From contig OX597832.1 in the NCBI GenBank assembly GCA_951406725.2, forward strand, positions 20,646,001 to 20,710,000: a DNA stretch of 64,000 nt. The letters run 5' to 3'. Position 1 is the first letter of the stretch; each line of letters starts with the position of its first letter. Made by a program: the position numbers and the translations under genes. The notes beneath the pieces are model-generated. The model was not told the DNA's origin. It ran no database searches and saw only the letters and a program-made list of their open reading frames with translations. Positions 41,934 to 55,235 of the stretch are shown here, piece by piece. The DNA comes from Octopus vulgaris (Eukaryota).

Positions 41934-42633
41934 AATACCGGCAGAATAAAGCATTTTCTATCGACAGTGCCACTGCTCTTTAACAGTTAGAATAGTATAC
42001 CAAAGTCTGAAGTATGTATTACTGAAAAGGTTGAGCATCATAAAGTGTATTTTCGGTTATGCTATTTACAACACTTGTTTCTATTCTCCGATTTCATGCA
42101 CTGCAGAGAAGCTGTTTTATTTATTTCTCACCTTTAAGAGGACGAATACACAGAAATATGCCGTGTACTACATCGAATGAAACTAGCAAGGGTTTCCTCT
42201 ACATTATATATTGAACATTATTATTAGAAAGTTATTATTAGCAAGATATGATCAGCAATTTAGATTACCTGTAAACTTTTAATATTAGTAGTTGCTGTTT
42301 TCCTTTAGTAACAGATAAGCACGAAGAACTGAAAAGATCTAAGATCAAAGATGTTTCAAAAGCAATGACTATCACATCTTCGAGATCATTGTTTATACAG
42401 AACTACACGAAATAATGCGTATTCCCCACTGAAATTTACTATGGCTCTTTTCCACTTGGTACTTTCCGCTAACGCATTGATTCCTCCAAGAATCTGTCGA
42501 ATCTCTGCTAAATTTGAACCTATCGTTGTTATTACCAATAATAAATCGAAAGATGTAATGTGCATGTGTGTGTGTGTCTCTCTCTCTCTATCTTTCTCTC
42601 TCTCTCCCTATATATATATATATATATATATAA

Positions 42634-42680
<47 letters not shown>

Positions 42681-42748
42681 TTATGTATATATATATATAT
42701 ACATATATATATACTTATGTATATATATATACATATATATATATATAC

Positions 42749-42807
<59 letters not shown>

Positions 42808-42811
42808 TGAC

Positions 42812-42865
<54 letters not shown>

Positions 42866-43678
42866 GGATACGTCTTCGTACCGGTGGATTATGTTTCTAA
42901 TACTCTGTTTGTATGAGAGATATAATTCAATAATTGCAACCAATACGGTAGGGAATCAGATTGCTATGAAATTGTACATCACAAACACTATAAATATCGA
43001 TACCACGATTTGCTTTGATCTTATAACGATCGTGTTGTGGCTGTTTTCAACCTATATATCAAATACAAATATTTTATGAATTTATAACTAAACACAGTAT
43101 CACCTGATTGACAACAGACTGCGACGACGAAATCGTGGTTCTGCCGACATGTGTGTATCGTTCTGGTATATATGTATGTAGTATCAATAATTTTATATCT
43201 ATACATCTATGCATGTCTGTACGTAGGTGTATAGTTACGTACGTTTCTTTGTGTATGTGTACGAATGTACGTAGTTTTGTATGTAGTGGTATGTACACAC
43301 ATATGCGTGTTTATGAATGTGTCTACGTGTGTAGTAGGGTGCGTGTATGCTTGTGTCAATGTGTGAGTATGCATGTATGCATGTATGTACATAGTACTGG
43401 GTAATGGCAGTTTAGCGAAACTTCATCAAATCGCGTAGACTAAAGAAGTTAAAGTGCAAACTTTGAGAGTCAACTCGTTACAACAGAAATAATGAGCGAA
43501 TAATAAGCGAATATGTATGCGTGTATATATATAAATATATCTGTGTGTGCACGTGTGTCTGTGTACATGTGTGCGTGTGATACACGTGCAAAATCCATCG
43601 GTGGGAAGATGTATCCTTTGTTATTATGTATCTGTTTTTTTTATAAACATAAATCTGTCCTCAAATATCTTACGCACC

Positions 43679-43734
<56 letters not shown>

Positions 43735-43854
43735 AGGACAGCTTTTTGTTAAGAATATTTAAAATGTTTAGCCAATAAAAACACACGCACTATATATTTG
43801 GTGTTAATTTGCTTCAGTGTTATTTATTTTTCACATTTATCTTAATCTTATATC

Positions 43855-43899
43855 GGCCAGAGTTCTTTCGTCACGCTTCTGTAACCTCATCAGTGGTCC
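43855..43899 (-). ncRNA. Minimal type I hammerhead ribozyme fold (copy 1)
   Basis: Minus strand GGACCA-CUGAUGA-G-GUUAC-agaagc-GUGAC-GAAA-G-aa-CUC-UGGCC. Core intact, 5-bp stem II, stem I GG(A)CCA/UGGCC, CUC cleavage triplet, stem III only 2 bp. Confidence 0.7.
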
Positions 43900-44670
43900 T
43901 TTGCTTTCTTCTTTCTTGTTTGTGTGTCTCTCCTTACTAACGGTCAGCAGATTGCTATGAAATTGTACATCACAAACACTATAAATATCGATACCACGAT
44001 TTGCTTTGATCTTATAACGATCGTGTTGTGGCTGTTTTCAACCTATATATCAAATACAAATATTTTATGAATTTATAACTAAACACAGTATCACCTGATT
44101 GATAACAGACTGCGACGACGAAATCGTGGTTCTGCCGACATGTGTGTATCGTTCTGGTATATATGTATGTAGTATCAATAATTTTATATCTATACATCTA
44201 TGCATGTCTGTACGTAGGTGTATAGTTACGTACGTTTCTTTGTGTATGTGTACGAATGTACGTAGTTTTGTATGTAGTGGTATGTACACACATATGCGTG
44301 TTTATGAATGTGTCTACGTGTGTAGTAGGGGTGCGTGTATGCTTGTGTCAATGTGTGAGTATGCATGTATGCATGTATGTACATAGTACTGGGTAATGGC
44401 AGTTTAGCGAAACTTCATCAAATCGCGTAGACTAAAGAAGTTAAAGTGCAAACTTTGAGAGTCAACTCGTTACAACAGAAATAATGAGCGAATAATAAGC
44501 GAATATGTATGCGTGTATATATATAAATATATCTGTGTGTGCACGTGTGTCAGTGTACATGTGTGCGTGTGATACACGTGCAAAATCCATCGGTGGGAAG
44601 ATGTATCCTTTGTTATTATGTATCTGTTTTTTTTATAAACATAAATCTGTCCTCAAATATCTTACGCACC

Positions 44671-44710
<40 letters not shown>

Positions 44711-44830
44711 AGGACAGATTTTTGTTAAGAATATTTAAAATGTTTAGCCAATAAAAACACACGCACTATATATTTGGTGTTAATTTGCTTCAGTGTTATT
44801 TATTTTTCACATTTATCTTAATCTTATATC

Positions 44831-44875
44831 GGCCAGAGTTCTTTCGTCACGCTTCTGTAACCTCATCAGTGGTCC
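44831..44875 (-). ncRNA. Minimal type I hammerhead ribozyme fold (copy 2)
   Basis: Same sequence as 43855-43899, 976 nt further along, inside the second unit of the tandem duplication. Confidence 0.7.
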
Positions 44876-45615
44876 TTTGCTTTCTTCTTTCTTGTTTGTG
44901 TGTCTCTCCTTACTAACGGTCAGCCATTTTGTATTTTGTTATTTGTTTTTGTTTATTTTTTTTATAAAAGAATAAACAAAAACTATTTTTAAAAAAATGC
45001 ATTTTTCAAGGAGAGGTGCTACGAAACTCCATTGGCCCCAGTTTAACTTACCAAAAGCATCATCTATGTTACCAAAATTCACTAAGTACCAACAAATATT
45101 TATCATGAAATCTTTGTATTATCCTGTCTCCCTATATATCTGTACGTCCAGTCTACTAGCTCGTCATCTCTCTAGCCATATTTGACATAGAGTCTTTCGG
45201 TCACTCAGTCATCTTGTATCTTCCTCATCCTGTTCCTTAATCTTCGCTTATCTTTCATTTTCTTTCCTAATTCCCTTTCTATACAGAGTTGTCTTTCTAC
45301 TACGCTTGTTCTTCATTAACTTTCCCCATATATTTCGCCAGATCAGAATATTCCATTTATTATAAGTAGCGTTGTTTCTTTTTGTTTTTATTTGTTTAGT
45401 TGTTTTTTTTTCTCATTGTATATAAATTTCTCCCTATCTGTTTTTCTTTCTCCATATCTTTAAAATTTTTCCTCTCACCATTGAAGTTTTTTTGGGCTTA
45501 AAATTCTTTCTCTATTTATTTATTTATTTATTTATCTATTTATTTATCTATCTATCTACCTACATATCTATCTATATTTCTACTTGTCTATCTATCTATT
45601 AATCTCTGTATTTAG

Positions 45616-45677
<62 letters not shown>

Positions 45678-45753
45678 GTCTATGTATCTATCTATGTATT
45701 TATCTATCTATCTATTTATTTATTTATGTATTTATCTATCTCTCTATTTATCA

Positions 45754-45811
<58 letters not shown>

Positions 45812-46733
45812 ATATATATATATATATAACTATCTATCTATTTATCTATCTAGTTAGCTAGCTATCTATTTCGTATATTTCTAACCATATGTCAGTCTAC
45901 CTGACTGTCTGTAATATTCTTTCTCTCTCTCCGTCCCTCATTCGCTCCGTCTCTCCCTTCTCTCCCTCTCCCCCCTCTCTTCCTCTCTTCCTCTCTCTAA
46001 ATATTACTGTCTATCTATTTCTATATCTAACTATCTTAGTATTTCCTTATGTATTCTCCTTCCTTCTCTTCTCTGCAGCTGGCTATCACACACCGTTATG
46101 AAGACATCAACCAAATATCTCTGTATCTATTTAGTGTCGGATACACCGAGTAAGATTGTCATTATAGATTTATCCATAAGCAATATAAACTGCTGGCAAA
46201 TAAGCTATCAGAGTATTCCTAATTAGATCATTGAGTCTTCCCTTACCAACATTTTGAACCAGAAGTTGAGAATACGCACCTGGTATCATATTTATAATTA
46301 TATTAAAAATAAAAAAAAAAATAGACTATATTCCACTGGACTTTCGGCTGGTAATAAACGGTAGTGAAAGTAGAAATAAGTATAGACGCAGTCGGAGTAG
46401 GAGTCATAAAGAAAAAGTGTGTATGTCAGGTTGAATTAGTAGAAGCAGTGTAGGATTTTCCGGGATTTTAAACCGCATTGACTATAGAGCGGCCAACAAA
46501 CCAATTAGCTGAAACTGCACTAATGAAACAATACCGCAGCTCAAACAATAGACGATGCAAAATCTCTGTGCTTGCCTGCAAGATAAATATTGATTATTTA
46601 GTCATTAAAACTAAGAAGGACCCTCTTCTTTCTCCGACACCAGTAGTCACCTCCATTCCTTACCCAATGCACGCGTATGAGGCTCTGTGTTTGAATTTAT
46701 GTATTAAGTGTCTACGTATATGCGTGTGCTTGT

Positions 46734-46773
<40 letters not shown>

Positions 46774-46851
46774 TGTATGCATGTATGCATGTATGTATAC
46801 GTGAGTGTCTCAGGGTGTGTATGTATATATATGCATGTATGTATGCATATA

Positions 46852-46916
<65 letters not shown>

Positions 46917-46941
46917 ATACATATATATACATATATACGTA

Positions 46942-46992
<51 letters not shown>

Positions 46993-47113
46993 TTGTATGT
47001 ATGTATGCATGTAGGGATATATACATGCATGTGTATATGCCTGTATATATATGTATATATTATATGCGATTATACTTCGATAATTAGATAGATATATTTA
47101 TAGATAGATAGAT

Positions 47114-47262
<149 letters not shown>

Positions 47263-47527
47263 CGTGGAGCACCGTGATTTATAGTTAGTCTATTCAACAC
47301 ATCATCGTAAATTTGTGGTTTTGATACCTTGTGTGATCGATGGGTTATGTTCTTGAGTAAAACACTTCAATATGCGCTGCTCCATTTCAATCAGCGATCA
47401 AAAATTCGAAATCTGTCGCCACAGAACCTGAGAGACGGTCTCATGAGCCTACGAAGCCCAAAAAAATATGCGATTCCGCATTGTTATATAGCTATGAATC
47501 TCTCGTGCAAAAGTTTATGTATGTGTG

Positions 47528-47571
<44 letters not shown>

Positions 47572-47588
47572 AATATATATATATATGT

Positions 47589-47638
<50 letters not shown>

Positions 47639-48427
47639 CTATGTAAAACTCTGAGTAGCAGATGCTTCTGTGATGTTTTTGTAGCATATAACTCTATCTC
47701 CGGTATTCGAGTACAATTGCTCGCCCTCATTTCACATTTACTGTGGTGTATATATATATAAGTATATATATATATGTGTGTGTGTTTGTGTGCTTGTGTG
47801 TTTGTGTGTGTGTGTTGTGGTTTTATGTCTGCATTGATTGATTTATTTATTCGTTTATCTATTTACATGCCTGTATCCATATCATTGAATACATTTTAGT
47901 ATTCTATCTTGCAAGTAAAAGATTAGAATATACTTTGAAATTTTGGCTATGGATAAATATATGTTTATGGGTACGCCCACATATCACATACATACCATGC
48001 TCTGATATGGTGAAAGGTATAAAGGGAATAGTTAGAGAGAGATAGAAATAGATAAATTCAAATATAGAGAAGGGATATGTTGCTATCATAGCTTAGTGAT
48101 AATTTGTGGAGAGTCGTAATTAGGAGAAATTACAGAGACTTTACGTAAGGGGCAAACGAGAAATACAATTTCTGTTTACATGAAAATATAAAATCAGAAA
48201 ACATGTTGTGTAATGGGGTGATGGAGGATCGCGAGTGATTCCTTTGAAAACAATTTATGAAGACGAAGTTTAGTATTATATGAAGTATCTATATGTATAC
48301 ATCCCTTTATATATTTTTACATGCGTGTATGTATGTATATTTTCACGTGGTAAGCCGAATCGTGTTAGTTTGCAACACACTGTGTGTGCGTATTTGTGTT
48401 TGTATATGTATGTATATACATATGTGT

Positions 48428-48805
48428 GGAGGCGCGATGACGCAGTGGTTAGAGCAGCGGACTCGCGGTCATAAGTTCGTGGTTTCGATTCCCAGACCTG
48501 TCATTCTGACTGTTTATTGAGCGAAAGCACCTAAAGCTCCACGAGGCTCCGTTAGAGGGTGGTGGCGAACCCTGCTGTACCCTTTCACCACATCCTTCTC
48601 TCATTCTTTCTTCCTGTTTCTGTTGTACCTGTATTTTAAATGGCCAGCCTTGTCACATTGTGTGTCGCGCTGAATCTCCGCGAGGACTACGTTAAGGGTA
48701 CACGTGTGTGTGGAGTGCTCAACCACTAATAAGTTAATTTCACGAGCTGGCTGTTCCGTTGATTGGAGCCACTGGGACCCTTGTCGTCGTAACCGACGGA
48801 GTGCC
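48428..48805 (+). mobile_element. SINE with type C head/body and an alternative tail
   Basis: Head and body match 23907-24090; tail ...CGTCGTAACCGACGGAGTG matches 53103-53284. Confidence 0.85.
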
Positions 48806-49776
48806 TTAGTAATACATACATACATACATATATATATATATAATCATATATATGTATGCATGTATGTATCTATTTGAGCGTGGTTGGATTATCAGAAACG
48901 TGGTTACATAACTATCGACAGGAAAAGTTATCAATCTGTCAATTTCCATTTCTATTAAACCAATTTCAAAGATCAGTTAACACATCAACTGCCGTTATTT
49001 ATAATATACAATATTAACAGAATTCTGTTTCATTATTCACAAACTTAGATCGCATTAAACAGTGGGGAAGCCATTGTACTTACTTTTCGCATTGAATATA
49101 CTCTATAAATAACTATAAATTACAGCTTACTTTCTCTGTCCCTGTGGACAGCCAACAGTTCTGCGATCTTTGATGACATTTTAGTCAAATCTGAAACAAA
49201 GTTGGATCGGTTGCTGTTTAGTTCTGATTCATATATGCTATACTGTACTTTTTATGGAAACCTCATTTATACAGGACGTTTTCAAATGTCATTTTTCTTA
49301 AGATTCCGGAGGCTGATGTGTGCTTTTACAATAACCACAAATTTAACATTTTCCTTGCACTTGATACACCGTTCTGTTACAATTTGTGAATCGTATAAAT
49401 AATAACCATCCAGCCATTAAATTATCATAGCCATAGAAACCTCGCATCCAGCTTCCTTATTCTGGTTTACTTGCATGTGTGCCGTTAGCGATCTCCGTAG
49501 TACTTTATAAAATACTAGACAGATCAAGAGCTAAAATGATAGTGAGACATATGTAGGTCAGTGTATTTAAGTGACAATAGCCTGTTCAACACTTTCTTCT
49601 CTTTCTCTCTCCCGGTTGACATATTAGGTTCTAGTGACAAGCATTGCAACATAACTTGTACTATTATATTTACAAATTCTATGTCAGAGAATCTTTCTGT
49701 AAGAAGAGAATCCTTCCTCAAAGCACGACAAAAGATAATGGGAGCCTTCTAAACTCTCGGGAAATCTACATACATA

Positions 49777-50259
49777 CGCAGGAGTGGTTGTGTGGTCAGT
49801 AGCTTGCTTACCAACCGAATGGTCCCGTGTTCAGTCCCACTGCGTGGCACCTTGGGCAAGTATCTTGTACTATAGCCTCGGACCGACCAAAGCCCTGTGA
49901 GTGGATTTGGTAGACGGAAACTGAAAGAAGCCTGTCGTATATATGTGTGTGTGTGTGTATATGTTTCTGTGTCTGTGTTTGTCGTCCCAACATCGCTTGA
50001 CAACCGATGCCGTCGTGTTTACGTCCCCATAACGTAGCTGTTCGGCAAAAGAAGCCGATAGAATAAGTACTAGGCTTACAAAGAATAAGTCCCGGGCTCG
50101 ATTTGCTCGACTAAAGGTAAGTGGCTTGCTTACCAATCACATGGTTCCGGATTGAGTCCCACTGCGTGACACCTTCGGCAAGTGTCTTCTACTATAGCAT
50201 CAGGCCGACCAAAGGCTTGTGAGTGGATTTGGTAGACGGAAACTAAAAGAAGCCTGTCG

Positions 50260-50290
<31 letters not shown>

Positions 50291-50464
50291 GTGAGTGTGT
50301 GATTCTGTGTCTGTGTTTTCCCCCCAACATCGCTTGACAACCGATGCTGGTTGTTTACGTCTCCGTAACTTAACGATTCGGCAAAAAAGACCGATAGAAT
50401 AAGTACTAAGCTTATTCGACCAAAGCCTTCTGAGTGGATTTGGTAGACGGTAACTGAAAGAAGC

Positions 50465-50505
<41 letters not shown>

Positions 50506-50742
50506 TGTATGTATGTATATATGTGTGTGTGTATGTATTTGTTATTTTTACCTGTTTGTCTTCCCACTGATGCGTTTACGTCCCCATCACTTAGCAGTTC
50601 GGCAGAAAGCGAACTATAGAATAAGTACTAGGCTTACAAAGAATAAGTCCCGGGGTCGATTTGGTCGACTAAAGGCGGTACTCCAGAATGTCCGCAGTCA
50701 AATGACTGAAACAAGTAAGAGAGTAAAAAGCGAGTAAGAGTA
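49777..50742 (+). mobile_element. Head-to-tail array of three partial SINE type A copies
   Basis: GAGTGGATTTGGTAGACGG occurs at about 49899, 50221 and 50432; units restart at about 50117 and 50417. Confidence 0.88.
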
Positions 50743-51922
50743 TACATACATACATACATACATACATACATACATACACACAGACACACATACATACATA
50801 CATACACACAGACACACATACATACATACATAAACACATACATACATACATTAAATGGCGGTGCCCCAGCATGGCCACAGCTCAAGAGCTGAAACTGGAA
50901 AACATAAAACATAAAATAAAAACATAAACACATACATATATACATTTGTGTGTTTTTGTTTCAGTGCTCCTGTATGTATAAGGGTGGAGTATGTTTGCCA
51001 GCGTGTAAACTAAACGTTAAACATGCACACAGATTTCAAAATCATCCCTCGATGGAGTTAGTGGCGATTTTGTTTCTCGAGGGTTATGTTTATTTAATGC
51101 CGTACCTATTGTTTCGCTTCGTTATCGTCAATGCTGTTGCTGTTAGCTTGATGTTCATGTTGTTATTTATCATTGTTGCCGTTGTATTTTTATTCTAGTC
51201 GTTAATAATATCACCCATGCTGCAAAGCAATTTCTCTATTAATTTTCCTTTAAACTTAAATTCAATTTAGAAAATCTTAAGATACCTTTCTATCGCGTTT
51301 GTTTTGTTTTTTTTTTAATGAAATACCATTCAAATTTAGAAAATCGATTAAGTTCTTTCATCAATATCCCACCGCACCCGATATTCTATATTCGAAATTT
51401 TTGCATATCTTAATTAGGCCGCTCATTAAATGTAGCATGAAATTCTAAGAAATATATCCAGTTTATAGTCCAAGCAGTTTCGTAGCTGAAAATTTGTAAC
51501 TTTAATGTGAAGCCACGACGTGACAAATCGTTGGCGAATCGTTCATCGTTTTATAGCTAATTATCAAAAGGCACGACCGTTGTTGCAAAACTTTATGTTG
51601 TTCGTGGCATTGTTGATGATGTCATCACCGTTGCATCTGTATTCGTCATTGTCGTCATCGTTTCCTTCATCGTCATCGTCAGAGACTTTCCATTGCTGTC
51701 ATCGTCTCTTAATGTTTCATAGATTAAGCAATCAACGAGAGTATGTGTTTTTGTTTGTGTGTGTGTGTGTATATTCATTGTCTGCACACTCACCCCACAC
51801 ACACATGTACACACACAATACACACACACACAACACACACATATAAATATACATACATATATATATATATATGTGTGTGTGTGTGTATAATTATGTATAT
51901 ATATAAATATATATATATATAT

Positions 51923-51967
<45 letters not shown>

Positions 51968-52963
51968 GCATATACGTATATAAATATTTATATAAGTGTA
52001 TATATGTCCTATGTTTGCTTCAGAAATATATAAGCATAAACATGAATATATGTACAAATTTATATACGTATAATTGTATGTGTCTGTGTTTATACACATA
52101 TATAAATATATGTGTGTTTAAACACACACACAGACATATATATGTATGTGTGTACGTATGTATGTATGTTTGTGTGTGTATGTATAAGTATAAAAACTAA
52201 ATAATTTTTGCATAAGAAACCTACTGATTTAAAATATAAAATGAGAAGAACGCCATAATCATGCTATTTTGCATGATTAATCATTTTCGTATACACTCGA
52301 AGAAAAAAATGCCCCCTCATTACCAACTTATCAACAAAATCATCGTCATCACATTCATCATCATCATCATCATCACCATCGTCATCATCATCCTCGTCGT
52401 CATCATCATCGTCATCATCGTCGTCGTCATCATCATCCTCCTCCTCCTCCTCCTCCTCCTCATCATCATCGTCATCATCATCATCATCATCATCTTCTGC
52501 CGCTTCTTCTTTTACTTCTTCTTCTTCCTCATCAATATTATCATCTACTGAATTATATTTTTTTCTCCCCGCTTCCTCATTTATTTATTTTAGCTTTATC
52601 TCATTTCCACGAAAATTTAAACAAAAAAAAACAAAAAAAACAAGTTCTCGTCTATTGTATTGTTTCACCTACGATCTTTCTGCCATTTTTTTTTGTGCAT
52701 CCATTTTTTTGTTTTTAATAAAATTTCTCTACATTTCTTCGCCATTTATTCACAGAAACATAATTCTAATTTGTCTTTCATTCATGGCATATATTAAATT
52801 TACATATTTATGTCATTTTCTTATAGAAAAATTACGCATTTGTCTTGATTCTTGCCAGTTACTCTTGTTGGTGGTGTTTATGTTATTTCGACTTTTCATT
52901 TTTATTTAATAGTTGTTGATGTTACTATCTTTGTTTAGCTTGCTTGTTTTATACTTGTTCCGT

Positions 52964-53287
52964 GAAGGCACGTAGCTTAGTGGTTAGGGCATTCGACTCA
53001 CGATTGTAAGGTCGTTAGTTTAATTCCCGGCGACGCGTTTTGTCCTTGAGCAAGCCACTCTATTTCCCGTTGCCTCAGTCCACTCATCTGGCACAAATAA
53101 GTAGTACCTGCATTTCAAAGGGGCCAGGCTTATCACATTCTGTGTCATGCTGAATCTCTCTAAGAACTACGTTAAGGGTGCACGTGTCTGTGGAGTGCTC
53201 AGCCACTTGCACGTTAATTTTACGAGCAAGCTGTTCCGTTGATCGGATCAGCTGAGACCCTCGTCATCGTAACCGACGGAGTGTTCC
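52964..53287 (+). mobile_element. SINE with type D body and the tail seen in the 48428 copy
   Basis: TAGCTTAGTGGTTAGGG head, GTCCTTGAGCAAG core, tail ACTACGTTAAGGGT...AACCGACGGAGTG. Confidence 0.8.
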
Positions 53288-53535
53288 TTTATTTTCGCTT
53301 GTTGTTTTGTTTAATTTTTTTTCAAGTCTTACTCAGATTGATGTTGTTGCTTATATTGTTGCACCACCACAACCACCACCGCCACCCCACCACCATCACC
53401 ACCACGACCACCACTACTACTATTACTACTATGATTATGATTATGATCATAATTTTATAATGGTCGTTGTGATGCATTAATTGTGATAAGTCATCTTTTG
53501 CGAGTTCTTTCCTGCTGATCGTAATGTGTGTGCCT

Positions 53536-53630
<95 letters not shown>

Positions 53631-53931
53631 CATTACCTTCGTTCCTGAGCCTTACACTTTTTGCTATGTACTGGAAATTCTAAATACGAGGGTTTCTGCT
53701 AAGGGTCTTCAAACGCATGATATTTTCGCAATATTATTAAGGGCTGGATCGCAGCAATGCACTCTGGCGCTAGCAAAGTGGCTAAAGTAAACGGTCACCT
53801 ATCAGCACCGATTAATATCTCCCGTTTGATGCGTCAGGGGTGTTCTTTCTCATCCTTTCTTTATGCTCTTCGCTAGATTCTTTACTGCAGAAGTTAGAAC
53901 TCCCAAAAGGCATCCCTTCGAACTGGGATGC

Positions 53932-54081
53932 GAAGGAATTGCGTCGAAATATGCGGAAGAGTAGTGTTGATTCGATATATGCAGAAGAGCTGCGTCAATA
54001 TATGCGGAAGTGCTGTGTCGACATATGCGCAAGAGCTGTGTTGAAATATGCAGAAGATCTGGGTCGACATATGCAGAAGAC
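53932..54081. repeat. 23-bp minisatellite, about 6 degenerate units
   Basis: Consensus near GAAGAGCTGTGTCGACATATGC(G/A), repeated head to tail. Confidence 0.85.
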
Positions 54082-54289
54082 TTCACAGTTATGGTGTCAT
54101 ACACCACGGAAGTTCAGGTAGTCGATTCTATTTTTTTAAAAATACGAGCTGATGGCAGGAGCTAAGGTAAATACAAACATTTAAAAACATAATTAAATTT
54201 TAATTAATTCTAGTATATTCTCTATGTATTTTCAACTTAATTTCTCTCTCTGAAACAAAAACACTCCAGGTCACACAAGTGTGAACTGT

Positions 54290-54510
54290 GGTAAGATACA
54301 ACGTCAAGCAGTAACTAATTAAAGAAGTATTTGCCACCTCTGTTCTACCTTTCAGGGGTAATTTCTTCTCTGTCAATTTCTGAGAAAGACTGTCCACCTT
54401 GTTTGTAAATTCACAGTCGTGCTTGTACATTTCAAGATCCGGGAAAAACCAAACAGTGAGCAATTTCATTGGTTTGTCTACCCGTCGACCTACAATGCTT
54501 TCATTAGCAT
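54290..54510 (-). mobile_element. Tx1/L1-like LINE ORF2 fragment
   Basis: IVGRRVDKPMKLLTVWFFPDLEM...KVDSLSQKLTEKKLPLKGRTEVAN resembles the KxLGVxF...WxxRxLSLxGR motif following the RT domain in L1/Tx1 elements. Confidence 0.6.
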
Positions 54511-55173
54511 AGTTTTGCCTCTGCAGTTGCCGAGCTGGAGCGTTTACTTTTCTGGTTCCTGTGGAAAGGGTGTGTTCCACTGGTTCACCTGATGACGGTC
54601 TTAGTACGCAATGTTTGCTAATACGATAGGCATGCGCTGCGGTTATACCGGTTACAGATTTTCCTGGACTGTGAGCCGGTGTATTCTACAATTGTATGAC
54701 ACGCTTTTCTGCAGCACTTATCTTTAACGGAGATGCAGTCATGTGTCAGGAAAAGACCAAGATTAAGCCCGTGGAACCTTTAGAATCGCCAGGGGCTCAC
54801 TGCTCTCTACCAGTTTGGTAATACAGTAATTTGAAGTTTTATGGTAGTAATATATAGAAATTTAGTGGTTAGTTAGACATTTTTGGGGTAACTCTAGACG
54901 TCGACGAAGATGAACTAGTTCGTCCATTTCGTAGGAGTTTCGGGCTCATTACCGCCTTAGATACTTTCCAGAAATCCTTAGCCTGATAGTACTACTGAAT
55001 AGCATTGACAGTTCGAGATAAATTCTGCAGGCACGGAAGCGCTGTCAGGTGGGACGTAATCTTTCTGCATGCCCTCCGGCAGGGTCCGAGTATTGCTGAC
55101 TTGTGGAGTTATATCGAACAGCTGTTATCAAATGTGAGACGAATTCGACTATTTCTTTCAACATCAGCATACT

Positions 55174-55235
<62 letters not shown>

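Larger units (their letters stand above)
42957..44923. repeat. Tandem duplication, units 42957-43947 (991 bp) and 43948-44923 (976 bp)
   Basis: Both units start CAGATTGCTATGAAATTG and end CCTTACTAACGGTCAG. By eye they differ by about three substitutions, one G indel and (TA)n length. Confidence 0.97.

Noticed and set aside
49000-49750. Complex sequence that might be a decayed transposase
   Set aside because: No motif recognisable in any frame by eye.
53932-54081. Possible CRISPR-like array
   Set aside because: Units are directly adjacent with no unique spacers, no cas genes are present, and the context is eukaryotic.
54590-54660. CTGATGA followed by CGGT...ACCG
   Set aside because: No GAAA after the putative stem II.
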